Source of the DNA: Patellaria atrata CBS 101060
Taxonomy: Eukaryota
Direction of reading: 5' to 3'
Assembly: GCA_010093705.1 (NCBI GenBank)
Contig: MU006118.1
Location: forward strand, 121,906-185,905
Length of the DNA: 64,000 bases
Shown here: piece by piece, positions 1-12,816 of the stretch
Numbering within the stretch: the first letter of the stretch is position 1
Layout: each line of letters starts with the position of its first letter
Translations under genes and position numbers: made by a program
Notes under the pieces: model-generated
What the model saw: only the letters and a program-made list of their open reading frames with translations
What the model was told of the DNA's origin: nothing
The model's database searches: none

Positions 1-360
1 CCCCCCCTTCACCTTCTTTTATTTACTTTAAGGAATAGGTGTATTTCTTTTTTGATTTTTATCAGCATCAATGGTTACTCAAAAGCGCGTGGGAATCTGG
101 TATAGTAATATACCCAAAGTCTTCATACAGGGTCTTAGTAGGGCAGTATTCTTTTGATGATAAAGTATCGAGTACCGAGATTATCGACTTATGTAGGTAA
201 AGAAAAGTTTCTTTTGGTGATAGTATCACGGATCCAACTATGGATCGAGTAGAAGAGAGATTTAAAGATGAATAGCCGCGATTCAGATCCTGAGTAGATA
301 TCAAAGACAAGGTAAAAAAAAAAACATGAAGATTAACAAGCCTCATGATTTCTATCAAGG
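1..360 (-). mobile_element. possible RIP-degraded 3' end of a Ty3/gypsy-type LTR retrotransposon (chromodomain-like remnant plus polypurine tract)
   Basis: AT/TpA-rich. The minus strand reads a stop-riddled 'LPT*VDNLGTRYFIIKRILPY*' and ends in the purine run AAAAGAAGGTGAAGGGGGGG at the window edge, which resembles a PPT. Any LTR would lie outside the window. Confidence 0.35.
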
Positions 361-455
361 GAATCTGTTAGCATAGATACGAAATATATTCTGAAGCTAC
401 ATACAGTCTAACCAAGTATCGATGTCTAAAATCCATATTCAGGCGTCCATTGCAC

Positions 456-545
456 ACATCCTCAGGAACAACATCCTCAGGAATAACATCCTCAGGAACA
501 ACATCCTCAGGAATAACATCCTCAGGAATAACATCCTCAGGAATA
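456..545. repeat. 15-bp tandem repeat ACATCCTCAGGAAYA x6
   Basis: Six direct copies differing only by C/T at one position. Confidence 0.95.
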
Positions 546-1141
546 TTTACTCAGAAATATACAAAACATGTATACTGAAGCGATCCTTCTCGCTACATTT
601 CACATATCATCCAGTAGCAATCTACCCCTCACGCACGCACTACATCCCAATCACACAAAAATGCAATTCACATCACTTCAAACGTACCTTAACGTCCAAT
701 GATGAATCCAGCAAGTCAGTTTTCTCATCCGACCCGACGCTCCCGTCCCGTTCCTTCCCTTTAAGATGGCGGAATTACTTCGCTCCCGTCTCCTGTCCGA
801 CCCCGCTGTCATCCCCCACCTTTGCACTCGTAGTCAAGTCAAAGTGATGTAACCTGGTCGTGCATAGGGCGATACAAGACGGTATAAAGGGGCTCAAAAC
901 TCAATCAATCTTTTTTCTTTTTTTTTTCTTTTTTTTATTTCCCGTTCTAACTGATAAAATTTCTGACTTTCTTCTTTTGCCCATTCTAAAATTGCTATCC
1001 CCAAGGAGAGATATACCGTACCTTACCCCGCCAACCATTCCGCTGGACCCTTTGCAGCTGCTCACCTGGGACGGGGAATATCTTTTCTGTGTGTGGGAAT
1101 CGACCTGGTGCCGTGGACCTAAGGGAAGCTTACCTTTCGGC

Positions 1142-1184
1142 TAAGGTAGGTAAGGTAGGTAAGGTAGGTAAGGTAGGTAAGGTA
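1142..1184. repeat. 9-bp tandem repeat TAAGGTAGG x4.8
   Basis: Directly visible upstream of the GST gene. Confidence 0.95.
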
Positions 1185-1429
1185 TCCAGCTCCGTACCAA
1201 AAGAGCAGGTCCATCCCCGATATCCACAAAATTGTAGATATACTCCTTGCTAGGTACAAATATACAAGTACCTTTCTTCAACCGACACCGCCTGATAAAC
1301 TGTTTTATAATTCCCGGTTTCCTAACCCATCTCCTAGACCTTAATTCTTCCCTCCACCTCTCCCGTATATCTCGACTCAACTTCCTATACTCCCAAACTC
1401 CTCAATTCCTTTTTCTCCCATCTCGCAAA

Positions 1430-2334
1430 ATGTCAACATCAGAATCTCACCCCGAGGAACGCTCCCCCAAAAAGCAACGCACAGAACCGACCTACACCCT
1501 GATCTACTGGCCCTCCATCCCCGGGCGAGGAGAATATGTCCGTCTCGCGCTCGAAGCAGCCGGCGCAAGTTATATCGATCTATGCAACACCTCATCCGGT
1601 GGTGTCTCCATCCTCCAAAGCTTCTTGCGAGGGGACGACATCGGGTCGAATCCCCCGATATTCGCCCCACCTGCCTTGCAGGTCGCCGGCGAAGGGCTGA
1701 ACGGGGAGCCTCTACTCATCCACCAGACTGCTAATATCCTGCGGTACCTTGGCGGACGGTTGGAGTTAGACGGAGAGAACGAGCAAGAAGCGCTGTGGAC
1801 GGCGCAGCTTGCAATGACGGCGCTAGATGCAAACAACGAGAGCCATAATACGCATCACCCAATCGCAGTGGCCAAGTATTACGAGGAGCAGAAAGAGGAG
1901 GCGAAGAAGGTAGCGTTCGAGTTCCGTACTGTACGGGTACCGAAGTTCTTTTCGTATTTCGAGAGGGTCTTGAAATGGAACGAGGCGAAAGGTCAGGGGA
2001 AGTACCTCGTGGGGAAGAAGCTGACCTATGCGGATACGACGTTGTGGCAGGTCATGGATGGGTGAGTTATTGAAGAGAGCGGTTATTTCATGTTAAGGGT
2101 GAAGTTCTAATCGTGTACGACAGATTACACTACGCCTTCCCAATGGAAATGGCTTATCGTAAACAATCCGGAGCTTTCCCTCTGCTATTCGAAAAATTCT
2201 ATCCCGGTATCGAGAACGAGAGCGGGATTAAAGAGTACCTGGCCTCCGAGAGGCGGTTGCCATATTCGGAGGGCATTTGGCGGCATTATCTTGAACTTGA
2301 TCGGAGGGATAAGGACGATAGCAAGGAGTCATAA
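1430..2334 (+). CDS. glutathione S-transferase (2 exons; intron 2062-2123)
   Basis: N-terminal motif YWPSIPGRGEYVRLALE, then FAPPAL and QTANILRYL; C-domain YLVGKKLTYAD. The GT..AG intron joins in frame to GLHYAFP. Confidence 0.93.
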
Positions 2335-3472
2335 TGGTAAAGAGTGAATTGAAAATCATAGGAGTAGCGTAACTGCAAAGGTTTATGGACGTCATCCGTT
2401 GGGGACGGTCCAGAAATTAAGCTTCAGTTGTAATAGAATGTAGGGATCATATTAACCAGGGCGGACTTTGATGGCCGTCAAGGGAGTCTAGATCCCGCAA
2501 TCACATTGCGTACGCGAGTTCTTCCATCTCGGATTCTCAGATGCAAGTCTTTACACCCGGGGGAATCTAGCCATCTTTGATTCGATCTGGCTATCCTGTT
2601 CTGGCCATTGCTTCCTGGTTTTCTCCCATGGTTCTTCCAGCGAAAGTTCCATGGGTTCTTGAGATTTCCAGAAGTTATGTCTTATCATACAAATGACACT
2701 TTGGTATTCTTATTGTGACGTATCTCTCAACGTGGGTAAGTGGAGTGCATCTAGGAGTCTTGTAGAAGCTGCACCAGTATGATTTCTAAGGCCAGTGAAC
2801 TTTTGTCGGATAATTATTAGTCTAGACCGTGTTATTCATGTGATGCTTCTGAGATTGCGATCCATCAAGTGATACCACTAGGCCATCATTCGAAAGGAGT
2901 AAATATGCAGTGAGTGGGCCAATTCAGGTTTCACTCATCATGTTTGTTAATGTTTTCTAAGTATCTTGTCGGTAGTATTTTACATGAGAGACAAGCTTAT
3001 GGAAAGGGAACGTATCGGGACGCAGGTGAAATCTCAACACTAGTGATCCGGAAAGGAATGCTTAATGGGAGTAAGAAATCTAGAAAATGGGTATATTGAA
3101 TGGTAAACCAATACATAGTGAACATATGTATGACGCCTTGATAGAAAATCTAGATCACGAAAACAATGTGGTCTCTAGTCTGCGGCCAGCGCGCATACTT
3201 CAAGTAGGTGAGATGATATCGATAAGGGGAGGAAGAAGGAAATCAATCACCAGAAATGTTCCATCGCGGTTGTTACGGTAAAGAAATCAGAGAGTCAAGA
3301 AAATCTAGGTGGATATTCCCGTCCCGTATCTTCGATTAATATCTGAATTACTGGCAAGAGTCAGTATGAAAATATGATACAAACCCAAGTACCTTAAACA
3401 ATGCAATGCACCTCGCTGCAGATAGAAACAGAATCATCAAGTCGTCGGATATGCAGAACTTTTGAAAGAAAA

Positions 3473-5824
3473 TCATGCAGTAGGGGAATCGCAGCGCACC
3501 AACCGCGAAAAGAACTCTTTCTCTTCAGCAAGATAGTCGCTAGCGAGCTTTCGCCTCTTATGTCCCCTGAGTAATTCGGCGTCATCGGTGCCGTAACCAA
3601 AGTCTAAAAGTAACGCCCTGCCGTCTTGAGATGTGGCAACAAGCCTCCTATAATCGCTTTTTGCAGACAATATCCAGCTGGTGGTCCAATTCAAGTAATG
3701 ATTGATGTCTTCACCCGTGGTATAGTCACTGACTCGAATACTTTGATCATAAGAACCGGAAATCACTCGGTTGTTGGAGACATCGACGAACAGGGAGCGT
3801 ACAAGACCCGAGTGCCCTTTGAATTCCTTTTCGATTTCGCCAGTCTCGGTGTTGAATTTATACACCACCTGATCGTTCCCCCCGGCAAGCACATATTTTG
3901 CGTCGTCACTGAACTCAACAGCCGCGAGACCCCGGGTCTTGGACGTGAATTCCTTGAGGCATTTGCCATCCTCTAGATTCCAGAGCTTCGCCACACCGTC
4001 ACCCGAAGCAGATACCAGTAATTTTCCCCGAAGTTGAACGGCATTTACCGGCCCTCGATGACCAGTCAGCACTCTGAGGAGATTGCCAGTCTTACGTTCC
4101 CATACACAGATGTGGGTGTCTTTGCTACATGAAATAATATACTCCTTGTCGAAGCATACGTCAAGCACACCCGCATTATGCTGAGCGAGTCGGAACATTG
4201 GTTCAAAAGTCTGGATATCCCAAACGATGCAGGTCGTGTCGGAGCTACCAGTGACCATGATCTCATCATCAAACTGCAAGCAGAGGATGGACGCACTATG
4301 ATAGTCTTTGGGAATATGATAAATGCTGTCACCTTTGGGTGTACCATTCAAAGATGGATTGTTGAATTGAGTCACGCTGGGCTGAACGGGGAGACTTGGC
4401 GGGGTATTTATTACCGGTCTTGACGCGGGACCTCCGATAACCTTCATGCACTCGTAAGTGTTCATATCCCAGACACGTATTGTTCGATCCCGGGAGCCTG
4501 TAATTATCTTGTCTCTGCGCCAAAAGTTAGTATTGCGTCTTGTATGACTCTATGACGGGTTACTGACTCATCGAACTGGCAACAGTACACACTGTCAGTA
4601 TGGCCGTTGAAGTAAATGGCAGTGGGGCGTCCAAGTAACCATCGAAGTTCGATAGTCTTGCGGGCTCGATACAGTCGCTTCCAATCCTGTCCAGGGACAA
4701 TCTCTCCAATTCCATTACCGCCCATGATCACAGGCGTGGGCGTTACGTGGATCTTTGGTTGATATCTCTTGAGAAAAACTTCTCGCCAGATGTGATGTGA
4801 TGTCGCCATCACACGCCAAGTCTTAGAGACTGATTCGCATTTGGTGAGGGATTGATAGTCCAGTTGAGCAAGAACGGTAGCGAAGAGTTCAGTTGGCAAT
4901 ACGGTTGTAGGATCTATCGAGTGTGCATTAAACAATGGATCAATTGGATACGGGAACCTTTAAGTACATACCTTTCGGTTTGGTGCAAAGAAGCCCTGCA
5001 CCTTCATCGATCATTGGAACATCGTCGAGTAGGGAAGTGGCACTGTCCGAAGGTATGCCATAGTGTTTAGACATACTATCGGATTTGACCGTGGTTGTCC
5101 TTTTCAAGCTCCACAGTTTGTTGTCTCCAGCTGCCAGTGAGGTTTGTTTTTGAAATTCTTTCTCTTTCTCTTGTCTAGCTAGTGCTGCGGCTGCGCGAGC
5201 AGCATCACCCCTTCCGTAGCTCGGAGTGTTTGATGCGGTTGAGTATACTAGGTTAGAGGTAGAAGGCGGTATCGGGAGTCTGGGAGTAGGGTTATTGTAA
5301 GTTGTGACACCAGAGGGTCCAGATACGGCAGGACGACGCCCCATATACCGCTTCGATTGTTGTTGGAGAGAATGTAGGAACGATCTTGATCTCGTTTTCT
5401 GCGGCAGGGGTGCTGGATTTGGGGGCGCGAGTTGGCTGACAGGCGGTGGGAGTAGTGAAGGCCCATCTTGAGCTGGGCGAGGTGTGTAAGTTGACGGCGC
5501 GTGCTCTTTCCTATGTGATGTTGAGCGTTGCCTCTGAATCGTCCCTGCCTTTGGTTCTTTTCCGACTCGCATAAGAGAGTTGCGCTGAGCCATGAGGCGG
5601 CTTATCTGTCCGTTTACCTGTCCTCTAATATTATCTGATCGATCCTTTGTTGTTGCGCTTTGAGCCATCTCTCCAGATGCATCGGCGTGACTAGCGAAAT
5701 CTGCAACAGCAAGTGAGGTGCAAGTTGATGTTAGGTCGTCCCCTTGAAGGTCGACATGGAGCCCATCTATCTCATCGAAAATTCGAATTGTAGTTCTTGG
5801 GTTGAGCGTTCCATCAGGATTCAT
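3473..5824 (-). CDS. fwd1: F-box/WD40 protein, FWD-1/Pof11/beta-TrCP-like SCF substrate adaptor (3 exons)
   Basis: F-box LPTELFATVLAQLDYQSLTKCESVSKTW is followed by GHTDSVYCCQFD..KIITGSRDRTIRVWD and further WD40 repeats. Introns at about 4914-4971 and 4517-4567. Confidence 0.88.
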
Positions 5825-6708
5825 GAACGCGGTAACGGCTGTGTTTATTCGAGGATCGACGCGGGAGGAAAATAAGTCAATTGCTTGGGGAAATGCAGCA
5901 GACGCTTAAGACTACTCCTTTGGATTGTGCTACAGGCCAACAGCCGGCGATGTGGTCTATTCGGATATCCGCGAGCAAAGCGCGGCCAGGTTTTTGTCGA
6001 CGAAGGGGAAAGCGGTGAGAGAGTGACGGTGCAAGGTCCTGCAATCTCCTTAGGGACAAGGAGCAAACTGTGGTGGGATACTGAGACTGACGAGATAACG
6101 TCTGAGTTGTACAAAGTACAGTGCAAGGTGACTGATCGGTAGTCAGAATTACTAAAAAGGAGTGTGTAGACTCTATTGAAAGACAGGATTGTATGCAGGA
6201 TTTTCGGACTCGCTATGGGGAAGCCGGTGAATTTGTAGTAGTGTAAGAGGCTTGAGGTGTTGATCTTGTTCATCAGGCAAAGGCGGGAAATTTCTATGTA
6301 CATGTATTGTAGTTTGGGATGACACTCCACTCCACCGTCTGTGATGTGCATGATGCACAGACTTCAACCATGGGGCAGAAGACTTATTAAAACTATTTCG
6401 GCGTGTTTTGGTGGATGTTAGTTCATCTTAGAGTATTCCTCTTGACCTTGGTTAACAAAACAAAACTTTCCTTTGTTATGGCACTTCCTGTGTTTCCACC
6501 TATGCAACTAGTTCTAAAAGCTGGAACGGCTGACAACGTTCAACAATAACGAGAGGTCTCGGAATCCCCGGTAACTGATGAGATACATCATTATTGAACG
6601 ATTCATATCGACAATACGGGGAGACATACAGTAAGGTATTGCAGAACTACCATGCTGGGTAGTCCTCCAACGTAACGACCGATTATTACCGAACAAACAA
6701 CCAGAACT

Positions 6709-7227
6709 ATGCATAGACCAGCCTCTAGATCCATACCGTTCTTCTACAGATTATTCTTCTTATACATCGAACCGGCCTCCACGATCCTTGGGGCCTACTA
6801 CGCCTACTTTCAGCCGCAGATATATCTGGAGCTTACACATGCCTCCTCGGCACCATCCTCATCGGAAACAATCCCTACAGGGACTAAGGTTGTTCTCAGT
6901 CAGCTGGCAAACTTGTACCTCCTGTTTACCCTGAATGAGGGACTGGTATTACGTTGCACTTCGGATGTGCGAGTGTGGAAGACGCTTTTGTTCGGTCTTC
7001 TGGTTGCAGATCTTGGTCATCTACACAGCGTTTCTCCCCTTGGCCTATCCATATACTGGACCTTCTGGACCTGGAATGCTATTGACTGGGGAAATATTGG
7101 CTTTGTCTATCTTGGAGCATTAACAAGGGTCTCTTTCTTGATATATAGCAGTAAGAATAAGGTGGATGACAAAGATAAAAGACTGACAACTCCATCGGAA
7201 TTTGAAATCGCGAAGAGACGACGTTGA
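6709..7227 (+). CDS. small multi-pass membrane protein of a conserved fungal family of unknown function
   Basis: Intact 172-aa ORF with about 4 hydrophobic segments (FFLYIEP, QLANLYLL, LLVADLGH, WGNIGF). Confidence 0.8.
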   Translation: MHRPASRSIPFFYRLFFLYIEPASTILGAYYAYFQPQIYLELTHASSAPSSSETIPTGTKVVLSQLANLYLLFTLNEGLVLRCTSDVRVWKTLLFGLLVADLGHLHSVSPLGLSIYWTFWTWNAIDWGNIGFVYLGALTRVSFLIYSSKNKVDDKDKRLTTPSEFEIAKRRR

Positions 7228-9548
7228 AATTTTCATCATCGGAATATCTATCGCTAGAGCTAGGTTCCAAACCTTAAGACCCAATTGAAATGGAAAGACC
7301 CAAACAGCCGGTACGGTATCCACGTAACTTTGCGTCGTTACTCCCCTTGATTCGAATAGGAGATGAGAAGAGACATCGAGTGGTTGGACCCAGTTACCCA
7401 GTTCCTAAAACTACCAGCCAACCCGGTTTACCATCCAAACATCAACTTCTAGACTTCAATTTTCGGTACACCACGTCACCATCACCGTCGAGAAATCTTA
7501 ACCCAGGAAAAAACGGAACAGTGGTACAGATAATTACTGCTGATCACGCTTCCGGATCTTTCCGCTCAGAAGAGGCTGAAGCTACGATATCGCATATGAC
7601 CGAGCGGTGATCAACTTGTAGTTCTTCTAGAAGATATGTCATCTGCTGAACCTTTCTCTCTTTTCTTAGGGACGGACGGCTCTTTCCTGTAGTGGCTCAT
7701 TGAGCCTCATAATCTTAACAATTACAATGCAAGGGCTTCATCTCTCTACGATGTTTGGCTGCTGAAAATCTACCACCATCCTCACATGCGTCCTGTATTA
7801 GGTTAGACGAAGATTACCACTTCCTCGTTGCCTGTATCTCAGTATCGCTAGCAAGCACAACGTAGATTGACAGATTATTCCGAGCTTAAAGGCCGGGGCA
7901 CGCAAATTCTTTCCCCATTTCTTCCCCTCTTGGACCACTGGTCTTTTCCTGTCGATATCCGCCCTCAACTTCTCTGCAAGCTCAATATTATTGCTCCAAC
8001 CATGGATGTATGAGAGAAAAACACAAACTTTTTCCTCATCAAAACTACATATGACTCAAAGCACGACTAGCTCCGAAAGAGAACAGATCGCTCCTGGAAA
8101 GGTAGAGGACTATAAATGAGTGTGCTCGCCCGTTCTTTAGATACTCAGCATTGCACTCATCCTATTGAGCTCTTCTCCTAAGGGAAGCCCTCGAGAAATC
8201 TTGTAAGCGTAAACGGGTTCCCTTGTCTCTGGTAACTCTCCTGCCTGGACTTTGCCTCCTCCGAGAACTCCACTCTCCGAGATCTTTTCTCCAAAATTTC
8301 TTCCCTTTAGATATCATTCCCAGGGGCATCAAATTTCTTCCTCCATAATTCGTTTTCTTCAATCTGTTTCAAACCCCACTTCCCCGAACACCTCCTCTTC
8401 GGCAGAAATCCTTCTGTCTAGACTAGGAATCTCCTTGTCTTTATGCTCACTTCTTTTGAAGGCATCTTTTCGTATCTGATCCTTTAAATCTAGTTTAGTA
8501 GATATGATTGATTTATTTTAACTTATTTTTCCAAAATGCCCTTGTTTTCACTCTTCACTTAATGCCAATCTCCTCTTTCCCCTACCCTTTTCAATACTCC
8601 TTTGTCCGAAAGCTCTTTTCTCTTAGTGTGTTCTACTTAGCTGGTATCATTAATATAATGCCGCCTTTCTCTAAAGAGGCCCCTATGTCCTTGAGATTAC
8701 GCATAACGCAATTAATACAATAGACCTAGGGGCCTACAAATTCATATGATCCCCTTCAGTTGACACTCAACCTTCAGTATATTATATAATTAATTTCTGA
8801 ATCAATAGAAGATCTTAGACACATATTCAGTATAAGAGCTAGTTCAGATGACCTCATAAGGTTCCCAAGTGCTTCAATAGTAAGTTGGAGGTTATTTTAC
8901 ATCTTAGTACATACTTTTCAGACCACGTAGTGCCCAGTCCTGTAGATATATGAGAGTGAGATACGTCCGGAAGAGCCAAGAATGGATACCCCAATCGTCT
9001 GATACAATCTGTCGACAAACTTGCATAATGCAAAAGTGAGAAGTGTAATCATACCCATCCTTTTCGACTGACGACATGAGGTTTAAGGGGTTAGTCGGAC
9101 TCTGCGATCAGTAGAAGAGAAAACGCTTATAGATTATGAGAATGACAATATGCAAAGAGATTAAGGCTTATATGAGTGTCAATCTCCTGGTCTAATTTCA
9201 CTTGGGTTTGATAGTTGTTAGACGAAGTTGAGATAACCCTTTTCATGTGTCTACCACGCTAACTTGATAGAGAATTACCTAGTCGGGAAGGGGTTTCATA
9301 CCTTCACCCGCAGTCGTCTGATGGTACAAAACTGAGATATTTACTTCCGTCGAATACACATCCATGCAAGGTGCAAGAGATGTAGTTCATCAAGTAGCAT
9401 AGTAGTGGAGGAATTTACCATGATTACCTTAAATAGTGTCGAGCATCCCATCGTACTGCCTCTCGGCGAAGTGTTCATAACAACAGCTGAATCCCATAAG
9501 TATCCCAACCCCGAAGCATGCATCGCTAAGACCAGACCACTGTATTCA

Positions 9549-10592
9549 TCAGAACGTCTCTTCTTCAACCTCTCCTTCAGCCTCTGCCGGAATTTCGAAC
9601 CCCTCCTGTAATGTGTCAGCATTGGTCTCATCACCTTGAGGAGTGGTAGTCACCTCAGTTGAATAGAGAATATTCTGAATCTGCTTCAATAGCCCATCAT
9701 CTTCCTTCTCTAGCTCCGGATCCGCATCCATCGCCTGCTGAATGAGCAGCTCAATATCCCTCAGCTTGCTGAAATAGAAGTCCCGTTCCCTCTCGAGCCC
9801 GCCCACTGTCTCCTTGAGGGCTCCGATCTCCTGTTGTAAAGCTGCGGTCTGAGCACCACCCATTGGTGTACGTGTTCGTGGTGCGGCCGAGTTGCTGATT
9901 GGGGCCGCTCGTGCTTTACTTGCGGCTCCGGAGGAGGTTCGGGGTGCAGACGCTGGTGGTGCTCCAGAACCTTTCCGTCTGCTAATAGCATCATAGTCTC
10001 CGCCGGGGTAGTATTGGTCCCAGTAGCGCTTACTGAACTGGAGAAACTCAAGGTTGTCCTGCATCTTACATTTTACGAGCTGTTCGACGGGAATTATGCG
10101 GTCGATGTGATGTTTGGTAAAGCAGGCTGAGTAGGAGATATCATTAGCGCAGAACAGTGATGAGGAGGTGCTTAACCTACTTTGCAATATCTTGAAGTTC
10201 TGTAGATATGCGTATTCTGTGTTGACATTGAACTTGACCCTTCCCATTGGTATGTCCACTGGTAGACGAGGTTAGTAACAGGTGAGGGATAGTCCGGAAC
10301 GGATTATGCATACGAAAGATGCTATCAAATACTTGACATAGTGCGGCTCTATTGGACGGTTAGTGATACCGTATGCACCTAAAATTTACCTCTCCCGCGC
10401 AACGAGCGCATCCTGGAGGAGGAAATCACGTACCCAGTTCCGCACTGCTCAACTTTGGTGATATTAAGCTGGAGAAGGCTGTTCAGCCACGCGAGGAGTT
10501 CTTGTCTGTGTACGACGGACCGAGAGGTTAGGATACTGTTTGTAGGGAGAACCGCTGAAATTGCAGCCTACGGCGTACCTTGACTCGCCCAT
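9549..10592 (-). CDS. BIM1: EB1/Bim1/Mal3 microtubule plus-end tracking protein (multi-exon)
   Basis: Spliced start MGESRQELLAWLNSLLQLNITKVEQCGTG, CH domain KMQDNLEFLQF, EBH motif LERERDFYFSKLRDIE and acidic tail EEETF. Confidence 0.97.
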
Positions 10593-11029
10593 CGTGAATT
10601 ATGAGATTGATGGCGTGGGGTGATGCTTCGGGTAACAGCTAAATCGTAGCTCTTGAGAGAGTCTAAGAAGAAGCGCGTTGCAAACTTGACTTTTGGTACT
10701 GTTGTTGGGGTGATTGAAGATTGAGGTTGGATGCCGCTAAATTTTGAAGATGCCTCTATTCGCAAACTCCATCATAACCTTATTATTGCCCCGCTGGTCT
10801 GTGCACGTCGTCCCAGCGACTCGCGCCAAGAAGTAAAGTAGTACCGAAAGATAAACGGTCGCTCGGACGGACAGGATATGTCATGCATTCCGTTGTGAAA
10901 ACATCATCAATTATTTGTTCATATATCTACATCATAAAGCGCTGATCGTGTACTATCATCTCATGTCCAAGAACCGGTTCCAACTCCAAGACTCCCTCAG
11001 AAATCGCTATTCCGTTTTCTTGCTCCATT

Positions 11030-12816
11030 TCAAGTACCTTCCGGTTTTGCATAATACTCTCTTCTTGGTACACTCTCATTGCTAGGAACTGGAGATCTCT
11101 CCGTGTACTTGGGTGGTTCATTCATTGCCTTATTCCTCCTCTTCCTCTCTCCGTAGAACATGGAAACTACCCATGTCAGCCATACGATTCCGGCAACTAC
11201 ACCATAGATGATAGGCCCGGTTGTGGTGTTGTTGGCGAGTTTGAAGCCCAGGCCGCCGTTGATGATACCTAGGGTAATGGCGACACGGCCTAACCAGATA
11301 TGCGCGTATGACCAGAAAGTTCTAGCACTGTATTTCTGGAAAAGAAAATGATGAAGTATCCCAAGAAATGGTTGAAAGAAGATAAGGACAAGTAGGATAA
11401 CCCCAATAACCGGATGGTAACGATCAGTCTGGAATCCATATTATTAGCAGCAAGTTCTGTTAATGGTGTGGATATAAGCAAAGCTTACCAAGTCTGCTTT
11501 TGTCGCAATGTAGAGTCCAAGACCAGCACCCGCTATGAAGAGGAAGTACGACATTACTTGGAATGCAGCATGAACCCAAACGAGGCCGGGAAAACTGAAT
11601 ACACGGATGAGAATTCCTCCGACAGGGAAGAATATCGCGAAAGCAAGACAAGCTAGTACACCATGTGCAATGAGCATCGTCCTATCCCGGTCAGCAAAAC
11701 CACCGTTGGAAGCACCGAACACTCCGGTATTAGTAGAACCGCTGGTAGTTTCGCCATCCTCATCGCAATAGTTTGTATTATCATCGGTGTTCTCACTATC
11801 ATCATCTCCAGTACCGTAGCCATAGGATCTTTTTCCAGACCATGGTGAGCCAGTAGGCCAGCTTCCATACCGTCCACTTTGCCAGGGTCCATGCCAATCG
11901 TCACCAAATCGACTGGTCCAAGATGCCGGTGGTGTGGTTGGCCAAGCAGTGCTCCAACTATCAGGGAAGACCTTAGTTCGGTACTGTTCCGGTATATTGG
12001 AGGGATATGATGACGGCCAGTTGCTGATTAGTGATGCGGGACCTCCCGTTGTCGAAGATGGTCGAGGTACACAATTAGTTGCCGCTACTTGTCCACTGTT
12101 CGTGCTTGAGGTACCGGACCCACTTGATTCTCGAAAAGGATTGACGCTGTCTCCGCCTGTTGCGGAAGAAAATCTGAATTGGAAAGTCCCATGATCATCG
12201 TGTCGGCTAATACTTTCAGATTGGTCGTCGCTGTTGAGAGGGTCACCAGGTCTTTGAGCCCAGATGAAGGAACCAGAGTCCCCCGAGAAATCCGTATCAC
12301 CTCCTGACCATGATTCACAGTTTGAGCCTAGAAACTCATTGAGAAACGATTCGATTGGAATAGGCTCAACTTTACTCACATAGAATATTCGCTGTCATTA
12401 TACCGTTTGACACACCACTTCCTTCGAGAAGAGTTATTTGAGCATCGGAGTTGAAGTTCGGTTCACTATGACCTCGTCCCAAGCGAGGAGAAATAGTAAC
12501 ATTATTCCCGTCTGCGGAGGTGTATATGACGAAGATGTTAGCACCAGACATAGATGTGCCTTGTCCTAATGCTACCCAGGAATTCGTCGTGGGAGAACTG
12601 ATTTGGAAATAGACATCTCCACTCCCTGAAGAAGCGGTAGCATCAGGAATGTTCAAGCTGTAACAGACGTCCGTATCCGGGCATATTCTCGCAATCTGTG
12701 CATAGGTAATAGAACCTTAGTATTGTCAGTAAATCGATCATCACTGAGGCTTATACTAAGTTTATACCTAAACTCAAGAGAGCCACTATTGCTCTATTTT
12801 TGGGCAAAACCGCCAT
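11030..12816 (-). CDS. signal peptide + DOMON (CDH-cytochrome-like) + cytochrome b561 membrane protein
   Basis: DOMON motif WVALGQGTSMSGANIFVIY..ISPR. TM helices carry His ligands: AHGVLACLAF, WVHAAFQ, YHPVIG, HHFLF, AHIWLGR. The last exon ends KPEGT* at 11030. Confidence 0.9.

Noticed and set aside
456..545. CRISPR-like array
   Set aside because: The repeats are contiguous with no spacers, the context is eukaryotic, and no cas genes are present.
422..847. 141-aa ORF containing (NNILR)n
   Set aside because: It arises from the 15-bp tandem repeat and has no other protein-like features.
5845..6351. 168-aa ORF upstream of the F-box/WD40 gene
   Set aside because: No recognisable motifs; probably 5'-UTR or promoter sequence.
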